The notes under the pieces were generated by a model. The model ran no database searches and was not told the DNA's origin. It was given only the letters and a program-made list of their open reading frames with translations. Position numbers and translations under genes: made by a program. From Balanoglossus misakiensis (taxonomy: Eukaryota > Animalia > Hemichordata), in NCBI GenBank assembly GCA_040954595.2, contig CM082576.2, positions 19,081,028 through 19,145,027 of the forward strand: a stretch of 64,000 nucleotides of DNA, read 5' to 3'. This document shows, one piece after another, positions 23,261 through 35,100 of this stretch (position 1 is its first letter; every line of letters starts with the position of its first letter).

Positions 23261-26200
23261 ATGATTTTCACCCATGATTGTTTTCAAAAATCGACGAAAT
23301 TTTGAGATTTTGCAAAGTCGAAAATTTGTCATTTTTTGATGATTTTCACCCATGATTTTTTTCTTTTCAAAAATTGACAAATTTTTAGATTTTGCAAAGT
23401 CGAAAATTTGTCATTTTTTGATGATTTTCATCCATGTTTTTTTTTCAAAATTCAACGAACCCATGATTTTTTTCAAAATCGACGAAATTTTGAGATTTTG
23501 CAAGAACCCATGATTTTTTTCAAAATCTCAAAATTTCGTCGATTTTGAAAAAAAAAAACATGGGTGAAAATCATCAAAAAATGACAAATTTTCGACTTTG
23601 CAAAATCTCAAAATTTCGTAGATTTTTGAAAAAAAGTCTTGGGTGAAAATCATCAAAAAATGACAAATTTTCGACTTTGCAAAATCTCAAAATTTCGTCG
23701 ATTTTTGAAAAAAATCATGGGTGAAAATCATCAAAAAATGACAAATTTTCGACTTTGCAAAATATAAAAATTTCGTCGATTTTTGAAAAAAATCATGGGT
23801 TCGTTCAATTTTGAAAAAAACATGGGTGAAAATCATCAAAAAATTACAAATTTTCGACTTTGCAAAATCTCAAAATTTTGTCTATTTTTGAAAAAAAAAT
23901 CATGGGTGAAAATCATTAATAAATGACAAATTTTCGACTTTGCAAAATCTCAAAATTTTGTCCTTTTTTGAAAAAAAATCATGGGTTCGTTGATTTTTGA
24001 AAAAAAACATGGGTGAAAATCATCAAAAAATGACAAATTTTCGTCTTTGCAAAATCTCAAAATTTCGTCGATTTTTAAAAAAAAATCATGGTGAAAATCA
24101 TCAAAAAATGACAAATTTTCGACTTTGCAAAATCTAAAAATTTGGTCGATTTTTGAAAAAAATCATGGGTGAAAATAATCAAAAAATGACAAATTTTCGA
24201 CTTTGCAAAATCTAAAAATTTTGTCGATTTTTGAAAAAAATCATGGGTGAAAATCATCAAAAAATGACAAATTTTCGACTTTGTAAAATCTCAAAATTTC
24301 GTCGATTTTTGAAAAAAATCATGGGTTCGTTCAATTTTGAAAAAAAACATGGGTGAAAATCATCAAAAAATTACAAATTTTCGACTTTGCAAAATCTCAA
24401 AATTTTGTCTATTTTTGAAAAAAATCACGGGTGAAAATCATCAAAAAATGACAAATTTTCGTCTTTGCAAAATCTCAAAATTTTGTCGATTTTTGAAAAA
24501 AATCATGGGTGAAAATCATCAAAAAATGACAAATTTTCGACTTTGCAAAATCTCAAAATTTCGTACATTTTTGAAAAAAAATCATGGGTGAAAATCATCA
24601 AAAAATGACAAATTTTCGTCTTTGCAAAATCTCAAAATTTCGTCGATTTTTAAAAAAAAAATCATGGTGAAAATCATCAAAAAATGACAAATTTTCGACT
24701 TTGCAAAATCTAAAAATTTTGTCGATTTTTGAAAAAAATCATGGGTGAAAATAATCAAAAAATGACAAATTTTCGACTTTGCAAAATCTAAAAATTTTGT
24801 CGATTTTTGAAAAAAATCATGGGTGAAAATCATCAAAAAATGACAAATTTTCGACTTTGCAAAATCTCAAAATTTCGTCGATTTTTGAAACAAATCATGG
24901 GTTCGTTCAATTTTGAAAAAAAAACATGGGTGAAAATCATCAAAAAATTACAAATTTTCGACTTTGCAAAATCTCAAAATTTTGTCGATTTTTGAAAAAA
25001 AATCATGGGTGAAAATCATTAATAAATGACAAATTTTCGACTTTGCAAAATCTCAAAATTTTGTCCTTTTTTGAAAAAAATCATGGGTTCGTTCAATTTT
25101 GAAAAAAAAACATGGGTGAAAATCATCAAAAAATGACAAATTTTCGACTTTGCAAAATCTCAAAATTTCGTCGATTTTTGAGAAAAATCATGGGTGAAAA
25201 TCATCAAAAAATGACAAATTTTCGACTTTGCAAAATCTCAAAATTTCATCGATTTCTGAAAAAAATCATAGGGGAAAATCATCAAAAAATGACAAATTTT
25301 CGACTGCAAAATCTTAAAATTTCGTCAATTTTTGAAAAAAATCATGGGTAAAAATCATCAATAAATGAAAAATTTTCGACTTTGCAAAATCTCAAAATTT
25401 CGTCGATTTTTGAAAAAAATCATGGGTGAAAATCATCAAAAAATGACAAATTTTCGACTTTGCAAAATTTTCAAAAATTCGTCGATTTTTGAAAAAAAAA
25501 TGGGTTATAGCTTATGAAAGTCATCAACAAATGACAAATTTTCGACTGCAAAATCTTAAAATTTCGTCGATTTTTGAAAAAAAAAACGTGGATGAAAATC
25601 ATCAAAAAATGACAAATTTTCGACTGCAAAATCTCAAAATTTTGTCGATTTTGAAAAAAAGTATGGGTTCGTCGATTTTTAAAAAAAATCATGGGTGAAA
25701 ATCTTCAAAAAATGACAAATTTTCGACTTTGCAAGAACTTCGAGATTTTCGTCGATTTTTGAAAAAAAAAATCGTGGGGGGGGGGGGAAATCATCAAAAA
25801 ATGACAAATTTTCGACTTTGCAAAATCTAAAAATTTTGTCGATTTTTGAAAAAAATCATCGGTGAAAATAATCAAAAAATGACAAATTTTCGACTTTGCA
25901 AAATCTAAAAATTTTGTCGATTTTTGAAAAAAATCATGGGTGAAAATCATCAAAAAATGACAAATTTTCGACTTTGCAAAATCTCAAAATTTCGTCGATT
26001 TTTGAAAAAAATCATGGGTTCGTTCAATTTTGAAAAAAATCATGGGTGAAAATCATCAAAAAATGACAAATTTTCGACTTTGCAAAATCGTCGATTTTGT
26101 CGATTTTTGAAAAAAATCATGGGTGAAAATAATCAAAAAATGACAAATTTTCGACTTTGCAAAATCTAAAAATTTTGTCGATTTTTGAAAAAAATCATGG

Positions 26201-29200
26201 GTGAAAATCATCAAAAAATGACAAATTTTCGACTTTGCAAAATCTCAAAATTTCGTCGATTTTTGAAAAAAATCATGGGTTCGTTCAATTTTGAAAAAAA
26301 AACATGGGTGAAAATCATCAAAAAATTACAAATTTTCGACTTTGCAAAATCTCAAAATTTTGTCGATTTTTGAAAAAAAATCATGGGTGAAAATCATTAA
26401 TAAATGACAAATTTTCGACTTTGCAAAATCTCAAAATTTTGTCCTTTTTTGAAAAAAATCATGGGTTCGTTCAATTTTGAAAAAAAAACATGGGTGAAAA
26501 TCATCAAAAAATGACAAATTTTCGACTTTGCAAAATCTCAAAATTTCGTCGATTTTTGAGAAAAATCATGGGTGAAAATCATCAAAAAATGACAAATTTT
26601 CGACTTTGCAAAATCTCAAAATTTCATCGATTTCTGAAAAAAATCATAGGGGAAAATCATCAAAAAATGACAAATTTTCGACTGCAAAATCTTAAAATTT
26701 CGTCAATTTTTGAAAAAAATCATGGGTAAAAATCATCAATAAATGAAAAATTTTCGACTTTGCAAAATCTCAAAATTTCGTCGATTTTTGAAAAAAATCA
26801 TGGGTGAAAATCATCAAAAAATGACAAATTTTCGACTTTGCAAAATTTTCAAAAATTCGTCGATTTTTGAAAAAAAAATGGGTTATAGCTTATGAAAGTC
26901 ATCAACAAATGACAAATTTTCGACTGCAAAATCTTAAAATTTCGTCGATTTTTGAAAAAAAAACGTGGATGAAAATCATCAAAAAATGACAAATTTTCGA
27001 CTGCAAAATCTCAAAATTTTGTCGATTTTGAAAAAAGTATGGGTTCGTCGATTTTTAAAAAAAATCATGGGTGAAAATCTTCAAAAAATGACAAATTTTC
27101 GACTTTGCAAGAACTTCGAGATTTTCGTCGATTTTTGAAAAAAAAAAATCGTGGGGGGGGGGGGAAATCATCAAAAAATGACAAATTTTCGACTTTGCAA
27201 AATCTAAAAATTTTGTCGATTTTTGAAAAAAATCATGGGTGAAAATCATCAAAAAATGACAAATTTTCGACTTTGCAAAATCTCAAAATTTCATCGATTT
27301 CTGAAAAAAATCATAGGGGAAAATCATCAAAAAATGACAAATTTTCGACTGCAAAATCTTAAAATTTCGTCAATTTTTGAAAAAAATCATGGGTAAAAAT
27401 CATCAATAAATGAAAAATTTTCGACTTTGCAAAATCTCAAAATTTCGTCGATTTTTGAAAAAAATCATGGGTGAAAATCATCAAAAAATGACAAATTTTC
27501 GACTTTGCAAAATTTTCAAAAATTCGTCGATTTTTGAAAAAAAAATGGGTTATAGCTTATGAAAGTCATCAACAAATGACAAATTTTCGACTGCAAAATC
27601 TTAAAATTTCGTCGATTTTTGAAAAAAAAACGTGGATGAAAATCATCAAAAAATGACAAATTTTCGACTGCAAAATCTCAAAATTTTGTCGATTTTGAAA
27701 AAAGTATGGGTTCGTCGATTTTTAAAAAAAATCATGGGTGAAAATCTTCAAAAAATGACAAATTTTCGACTTTGCAAGAACTTCGAGATTTTCGTCGATT
27801 TTTGAAAAAAAAAATCGTGGGGGGGGGGGAAATCATAAAAAAATGACAAATTTTCGACTTTGCAAAATCTCAAAATATCGTCGATTTTGGAAAAAAAAAC
27901 ATGGGTTCGTCGAAAAAAAAAACATGGGTGAAAATCATCAAAAAATGACAAATTTTCGACTTTGCAAAATCTCAAAAGTCCGTCGATTTTGAAAAAAAAC
28001 ATGGGTGAAAATCTTCAAAAAATGACAAATTTTCGACTTTGCAAAAACTCAAAATTTCGTCGATTTTTGAAAAAAAATGGGTGAAAATCATCAAAAATGA
28101 CAAAGTTTCGACTTTGCGAAATCTCAAAATTTCATCGATTTCTGAAAAAAATCATAGGGGAAAATCATCAAAAAATGACAAATTTTCGACTGCACAATCT
28201 TAAAATTTCGTCAATTTTTGAAAAAAAATCATGGGTAAAAATCATCAATAAATGAAAAATTTTCGACTTTGCAAAATCTCAAAATTTCGTCGATTTTTGA
28301 AAAAAATCATGGGTGAAAATCATCAAAAAATGACAAATTTTCGACTTTGCAAAATTTTCAAAATTTCGTTGATTTTTGAAAAAAAAATGGGTTATAGCTT
28401 ATGAAAATCATCAACAAATGACAAATTTTCGACTTTGCAAAATCTCAAAATTTCGTCGATTTTGAAAAAAATCATGGTTTCGTCGATTTTTGAAAAAAAA
28501 CGGGTGAAAATCTTCAAAAAATGACAAATTTTCGACTTTGCAAAAACTGAAAATTTCGTCGATTTTTGAAAAAAATAATGGGTGAAAATCATCAAAAAAG
28601 ACAAAGTTTCGACTTTGCAAAATCTCAAAATTTCGTCGATTTCTGAAAAAAATCATGGGTAAAATCGTCAAAAAAATGACAGATTTTCTACAGCAAAATC
28701 TTAAAATTTCGTCAATTTTTGAAAAAAAATCATGGGTAAAAATCATCAAAAAATGACAAATTTTCGACTTTGCAAAATCTCAAAATTTCGTCAATTTTTG
28801 AAAAAAAAATCGTGGGGGGGAGGGAAATCATCAAAAAAATGACAAATTTTCGACTTTGCAAAATTTTGAAAAATTCGTCGATTTTAAAAAAAAAACATGG
28901 GTTCGTCCATTTTTGAAAAAAAAAACATGGGTGAAAATCATCAACAAATGACAAATGTTCAACTTTGCAAAATCTCAAAATTTCGTCGATGTTTGAAAAA
29001 AAAAATCGTGGGGGGAGGGAAATCATCAAAAAAATGACAAATTTTCGACTTTGCAAAATTTTCAAAAATTCGTCGATTTTTGAAAAAAAAAACATGGGTT
29101 CGTCCATTTTTGAAAAAAAAAACATGGGTGAAAATCATCAACAAATGACAAATGTTCAACTTTGCAAAATCTCAAAATATTGTCGATTTTTGAAAAAAAA

Positions 29201-29266
29201 CATGGGTTCGTCGATTTTTGAAAAAAAAAAACATGGGTGAAAATCGTCAAAAAATGACACATTTTT
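23261..29266. repeat. 78-bp satellite: reverse 23261-23527, forward 23521-29266 (mosaic of variant sets B and A)
   Basis: Switch at CAAAATC (23521). B-type monomers occupy ~23540-25110 and ~25800-26490. A 1378-bp duplication is shown by ORF-track pairs 24807/26185 and 25112/26490. Confidence 0.95.
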
Positions 29267-30593
29267 ATCGTGGCCCCTACACGTCAATTTTAATTTATTA
29301 TTTTGAAAGTTAAACTTTAATTTTAGATAGACAATATCTTTTCCCAAGAAGTAAACTTTAATTTTGGTGGCGGCAACTAATTTTGATGGACAAAACTTTT
29401 TGATTTTGACAATAAAACTTTAATTTTAATTATCACAAATTTTATTTTAGAGAACCAAATTTTATTTTTCGAAAGCAAATTTTATTTTTTCCAAGAATAA
29501 TATTTTAATAAGGATTTATTTTGTCCAAAATAAACAGTAACAACTTGAGATAAACTTATTCATACTACGTGGATTTTTTTTTCAAAAAGGTATGTTTTAA
29601 TTTTTAAAGAAAAAGTTCATTTTGTAAAATAACAAATTATTTTTCCCAGGTGAAAATATTTTACGGAGTTAAATTTTAATTTACATTTAAATAACCTTTA
29701 AACACTCGAGATAAAATTATATGTACTCGATGGAATTATTTAACTTTTTAAAACAAAATGTTTTTATTGCTTAAGAAAAAACAAATATTTACTAATGTTA
29801 CAAATTATTTTTCCCGGGTGAAAAGTTTATTTTACAGGGATCAATTTAATTTATAACACACCATGCAGCGAACCCTCGATCGTGATTCGTCAATACGACG
29901 TCACGTGACCTTAGTCATTTCGAACTGTTGCCTTGGGCATCAGTTCGATAGGTTTGGTGTGTTATAAAACACATGATGGCTGACATATTCGGGCAACAGT
30001 GTATTTTTAATGACCTCGGGACTGCCAGTCACACCAAAACAGTCTGTTTTCCCTCGGGCTATGCCCTCGGGAAAACAAGACTGTTTTAGTTGTGACTAGC
30101 AGCACCCTCGGTCATCAAAATACACTGTTGCCCTCATTGTCAGTCATCATGTGTATACTGATTTCTAGTAACACAACTTATGGGGTCGCTCTTTCTAATG
30201 CTACTGACAAACTTTTGTTATGAGGGCGCAATTCAGGTTTCGGCGTGCGAATTTCTTTTACAGGCATGACAAAATATATTTTCAGAAAGCGAAATATTTT
30301 TTTCTTCGCGGCGGAAATGAAGCTATCCCACAATTCCCGTAAATGAGGACGTTACAGGAGTGCATAAATCCAACAAACACATGAGATGGCTATCTATCCA
30401 CAGTGCAATGTTTACAGATTGTATCTACTATACTACGACCCGGGCAGACAAATCCGGACAATCTCGCCGACGTATCGTAGACCTTTGAATGACGCTGTCG
30501 ATCAAATTGAATACAAGATCTAGGGGAGTCGGTCCGTGGGAGAAATCGGCCAGGTGCGAACTTGGCTCGTAGGATCGTTTAAATTAAAGTCCT
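29267..30593. repeat. Arm A, copy 4
   Basis: Near-identical to copy 1. Confidence 0.9.
29850..30154. mobile_element. Double-hairpin insert, copy 4
   Basis: Matches 10216-10519, with one extra T. Confidence 0.75.
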
Positions 30594-30597
30594 TTAA

Positions 30598-30912
30598 ATT
30601 ATGTTTCGTGTATGCTTCACATTTTACGTGTACAGTAAACCACAGTGCTGCTCTGTCCCTGTCCCTAGGCAGTTTGTGGAGTGACCGTGGTACAGTCGCC
30701 GCCGTTTAATCAGGACACCATGAGTTATATATAGCCGCTCTAGAAAACATGACCTCAGACAGGTCCCTCAGGACCGTGCCTCCAATTCAACGATCACGTA
30801 GATGGACGCGCTGCCGCTTATGAGGTCACCGGGGAGCTTTCCAAAGTGGTCGCGTGGAGCTGCTTCAGTCCGTCCTCGACGTGAAACACCCGAAATTGGA
30901 AGGGATAGCCGG
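30598..30912. other. 315-bp spacer, copy 4
   Basis: Matches 10963-11277 at offset 19635. Confidence 0.85.
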
Positions 30913-30916
30913 TTAA

Positions 30917-31264
30917 AGGGACAAAGTCTCTCTCTCGCTGGCCTTTTTCCATTAATTATGTTTGATACAAGACGCCGTTTATGTTATTCTACATGTGGAT
31001 ATATGGTGAATCAACATTCGACCACACACAACTTCCATCTCGTTTGTAGGATATAAGAGTAAAACCTCGCCCAAAATGAATAAATTGTAAAAAACAAATA
31101 TTCATTATGGCGAGTTTTTTTCACTCTCCTGTCTATAAGAGGTATGGAAGTTGTGTGTGGTTGAATGTTCATTCACTATGTATCCACATGTAGAATAACA
31201 AACGTTGTCTTTTATCAAATATAATTAATGGCAAAAAGGGCAGCGAGAGAGAGACTTTGTCCCT
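30917..31264. mobile_element. Kolobok/T2-type MITE, copy 4
   Basis: TTAA|AGGGAC...GTCCCT|TTAA, matching copy 1. Confidence 0.85.
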
Positions 31265-31278
31265 TTAATCGAATTTAA

Positions 31279-32119
31279 AGGACTTTAATTTGAACGATCC
31301 TACGAGCCAAGTTCGCACCTGGCCGATTTCTCCCACGGACCGACTCCCCTGGATCTTGTATTCGATTCGATCGACAGCGTCATTTAAAGGTCTACGATGG
31401 CGGCGAGATTGTCCGGATTTGTCTGCCCGGGTCGTAGTAGATACAATCTGTAAACATTGCACTGTGGATAGATAGCCATCTCATCTGTTTGTTGGATTTA
31501 TGTACTCCTGTAACGTCCTCATGTACGGGAATTGTGGGATAGCTTCATTTCCGCCGCGAAGAATAAAATATTTTGCTTTCTGAAAATATATTTTGTCATG
31601 CATGTAAAAGAAATTCGCCCGCCGAAACCTGAATTGCGCCCTCATGAAAAAGTTTATTAGTAGCAATAGAAAGAGCGCCCCCATAAGTTGTGTAACTAGA
31701 AATTAGATAAAAATATATTTACATCTGTAAAATAAAATTTTCACCCGCGAAAAGTAATGTTACTTAAAAAAAGTTTTACAAAATTAAATATTTCTTTCCG
31801 GAAATAAAATAATTTTATGTAGTATAGATAATTTTATCTCAAGTCTTAGAAGTTTATTTTGGAAAAAAGTCTTAAAATTTTAGTCTCGGGAAAAAATAAA
31901 ATTGGCTTTCGGAAATTAAACTTTTGTTCTCTAAAATAGGAGTTGTGTAAAGTAAAATTATAGTTTTACTGTCAAAATTAAAAAGTTTACTCCACTGAAA
32001 TTGAAATTGTGTGCGTCAAAATTATAGTTGCCTTCACGAAAACTTTATTTTACTTTTGGGAGGAGATATTGTCTATAATTTTGAAAGTTTAACTTTCAAA
32101 ATAATATTTTAGGCCTGAC
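31279..32119. repeat. Arm B, copy 4 (left end of putative giant element E5)
   Basis: Near-identical to 11644-12484 and preceded by TTAA (31275-31278). No partner arm A occurs before the window end. Confidence 0.9.
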
Positions 32120-35100
32120 ATGATTTTCACCCATGATTGTTTTTAAAAATCGACGAAATTTTGAGATTTTGCAAAGTCGAAAATTTGTCATTTTTTGATG
32201 ATTTTCACCCATGATTTTTTTCTTTTCAAAAATCGACAAATTTTGAGATTTTGCAAAGTCGAAAATTTGTAATTTTTTGATGATATTCACCAATGTTTTT
32301 TTCAAAAATCGACGAAATTTTGAGATTTTGCAAAGTCGAAAATTTGTCATTTTTTGATGATTTTTACCCATGATTTTTTTTTCAAAAATCGACCAAATTT
32401 TGGGATTTTGCAAAGACGAAAATTTGTCATTTTTTGATGATTTTCACCCATGATTTTTCTCAAAAATCGACGAAATTTAGAGATTTTGCAAGGTCGAAAA
32501 TTTGTCATTTTTTGATGATTTTCACCCATGATTTTTTTCAAAAATCGACGAAATTTTGAGATTTTGCAAAGTCGAAAATTTGTCATTTTTTGATGATTTT
32601 TACCCATGATTTTTTTTTTCAAAAATCGACTAAATTTTGGGATTTTGCAAAGACGAAAATTTGTCATTTTTTGATGATTTTCACCCATGTTTTTTTTCAA
32701 ACATCAACGAACCCATGATTTTTTTTCAAAAAAGGACAAAATTTTGAGATTTTGCAAAGTCGAAAATTTGTCATTTTTTGATGATTTTCACCCATGATTT
32801 TTCTCAAAAATCGACGAAATTTTGAGATTTTGCAAAGTCGAAAATTTGTCATTTTTTGATGGTTTTCACCCATGATTTTTTTTACAAAAATCGACGAAAT
32901 TTTGAGATTTTGCAAAGTCGAAAATTTGTCATTTATTAATGATTTTCACCCATGATTATTTTTCAAAAATCGACAAAATTTTGAGATTTTGCAAAGTCGA
33001 AAATTTGTAATTTTTTGATGATTTTCACCCATGTTTTTTTTCAAAATTGAACGAACCCATGATTTTTTTCAAAAATCGACGAAATTTTGAGATTTTTGCA
33101 AAGTCGAAAATTTGTCATTTTTTGATGATTTTCACCCATGATTTTTTTCAAAAATCGACAAAATTTTTAGATTTTGCAAAGTCGAAAATTTGTCATTTTT
33201 TGATTATTTTCACCCATGATTTTTTTCAAAAATCGACAAAATTTTTAGATTTTGCAAAGTCGAAAATTTGTCATTTTTTGATGATTTTCACCATGATTTT
33301 TTTTTAAAAAATCGACGAAATTTTGAGATTTTGCAAAGACGAAAATTTGTCATTTTTTGATGATTTTCACCCATGATTTTTTTTCAAAAATGTACAAAAT
33401 TTTGAGATTTTGCAAAGTCGAAAATTTGTCATTTTTTGATGATTTTCACCCATGATTTTTTTCAAAAATCGACAAAATTTTGAGATTTTGCAAAGACGAA
33501 AATTTGTCATTTTTTGATGATTTTCACCCATGATTTTTTTCAAAAGTCGACGAAATTTTGAGATTTTGCAAAGACAAAATTTTTTCATTTTTTGATGATT
33601 TTCACCCGTGATTTTTTTCAAAAATCGACAAAATTTTGAGATTTTGCTAAGTCGAAAATTTGACATTTTTTGATGATTTTCACCCATGTTTTTTTTCAAA
33701 AATCAACGAACCCATGATTTTTTTTCAAAAATCGACGAAATTTAGAGATTTTGCAAAGTCGAAAATTTGTCATTTCTTAATGATTTTCACCCATGTTTTT
33801 TTTTCAAAAATCGACAAAATTTTGAGATTTTGCAAAGTCGAAAATTTGTAATTTTTTGATGATTTTCACCCATGATTTTTCTCAAAAATCGACGAAATTT
33901 TGAGATTTTGCAAAGTCGAAAATTTTTCATTTTTTGATGATTTTCACCCATGATTTTTTTCAAAAATCTACGAAATTTTGAGATTTTGCAAAGTCGAAAA
34001 TTTGTCATTTTTTGATGATTTTCACCCATGATTTTTTTCAAAAATCGACGAAATTTTGAGATTTTGCAAAGTCGAAAATTTGTCATTTTTTGATGATTTT
34101 CACCCATGTTTTTTTTCAAAAATCAACGAACCCATGATTTTTTTTCAAAAATCGACGAAATTTTGAGATTTTGCTAAGTCGAAAATTTGACATTTTTTGA
34201 TGATTTTCACCCATGTTTTTTTTCAAAAATCAACGAACCCATGATTTTTTTTCAAAAATCGACGAAATTTAGAGATTTTGCAAAGTCGAAAATTTGTCAT
34301 TTCTTAATGATTTTCACCCATGTTTTTTTTTCAAAAATCGACAAAATTTTGAGATTTTGCAAAGTCGAAAATTTGTAATTTTTTGATGATTTTCACCCAT
34401 GATTTTTCTCAAAAATCGACGAAATTTTGAGATTTTGCAAAGTCGAAAATTTTTCATTTTTTGATGATTTTCACCCATGATTTTTTTCAAAAATCTACGA
34501 AATTTTTAGATTTTGCAAAGTCGAAAATTTGTCATTTTTTGATGATTTTCACCCATGATTTTTTTCAAAAATCGACGAAATTTTGAGATTTTGCAAATTC
34601 GAAAATTTGTAATTTTTTGATGATTTTCACCAATGTTTTTTTTTAAAAATCAACGAACCCATGATTTTTTTCAAAAATTGACAACATTTTGAGATTTTGC
34701 AAAGTCGAAAATTTGTCATTTTTTGATGATTTTCACCCATGATTTTTTTCAAAAATCTACGAAATTTTGAGATTTTGCAAAGTCGAAAATTTGTCATTTT
34801 TTGATGATTTTCACCCATGATTTTTTTCAAAAATCGACGAAATTTTGAGATTTTGCAAAGTCGAAAATTTGTCATTTTTTGATGATTTTCACCCATGTTT
34901 TTTTTCAAAAATCAACGAACCCATGATTTTTTTTCAAAAATCGACGAAATTTTGAGATTTTGCAAAGACGAAAATTTGTCATTTTTTGATGATTTTCACC
35001 CATGATTTTTTTCAAAAATCGACGAAATTTTGAGATTTTGCAAATTCGAAAATTTGTAATTTTTTGATGATTTTCACCAATGTTTTTTTTTAAAAATCAA

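Larger units (their letters stand above)
22544..30593. mobile_element. Putative foldback element E4 (8050 bp), internal satellite expanded
   Basis: TTAA|AGGACT at 22540 and AGTCCT|TTAA ending 30597. The forward satellite block is 5.7 kb versus 2.2 kb in E2 and E3. Confidence 0.7.

Noticed and set aside
9634-32119. The four cassettes as a pure assembly artefact
   Set aside because: Copies differ by SNPs, two carry private deletions (35 bp and 124 bp), and the intervening satellite lengths differ. Real duplication is more likely, though long-read confirmation is still advisable.
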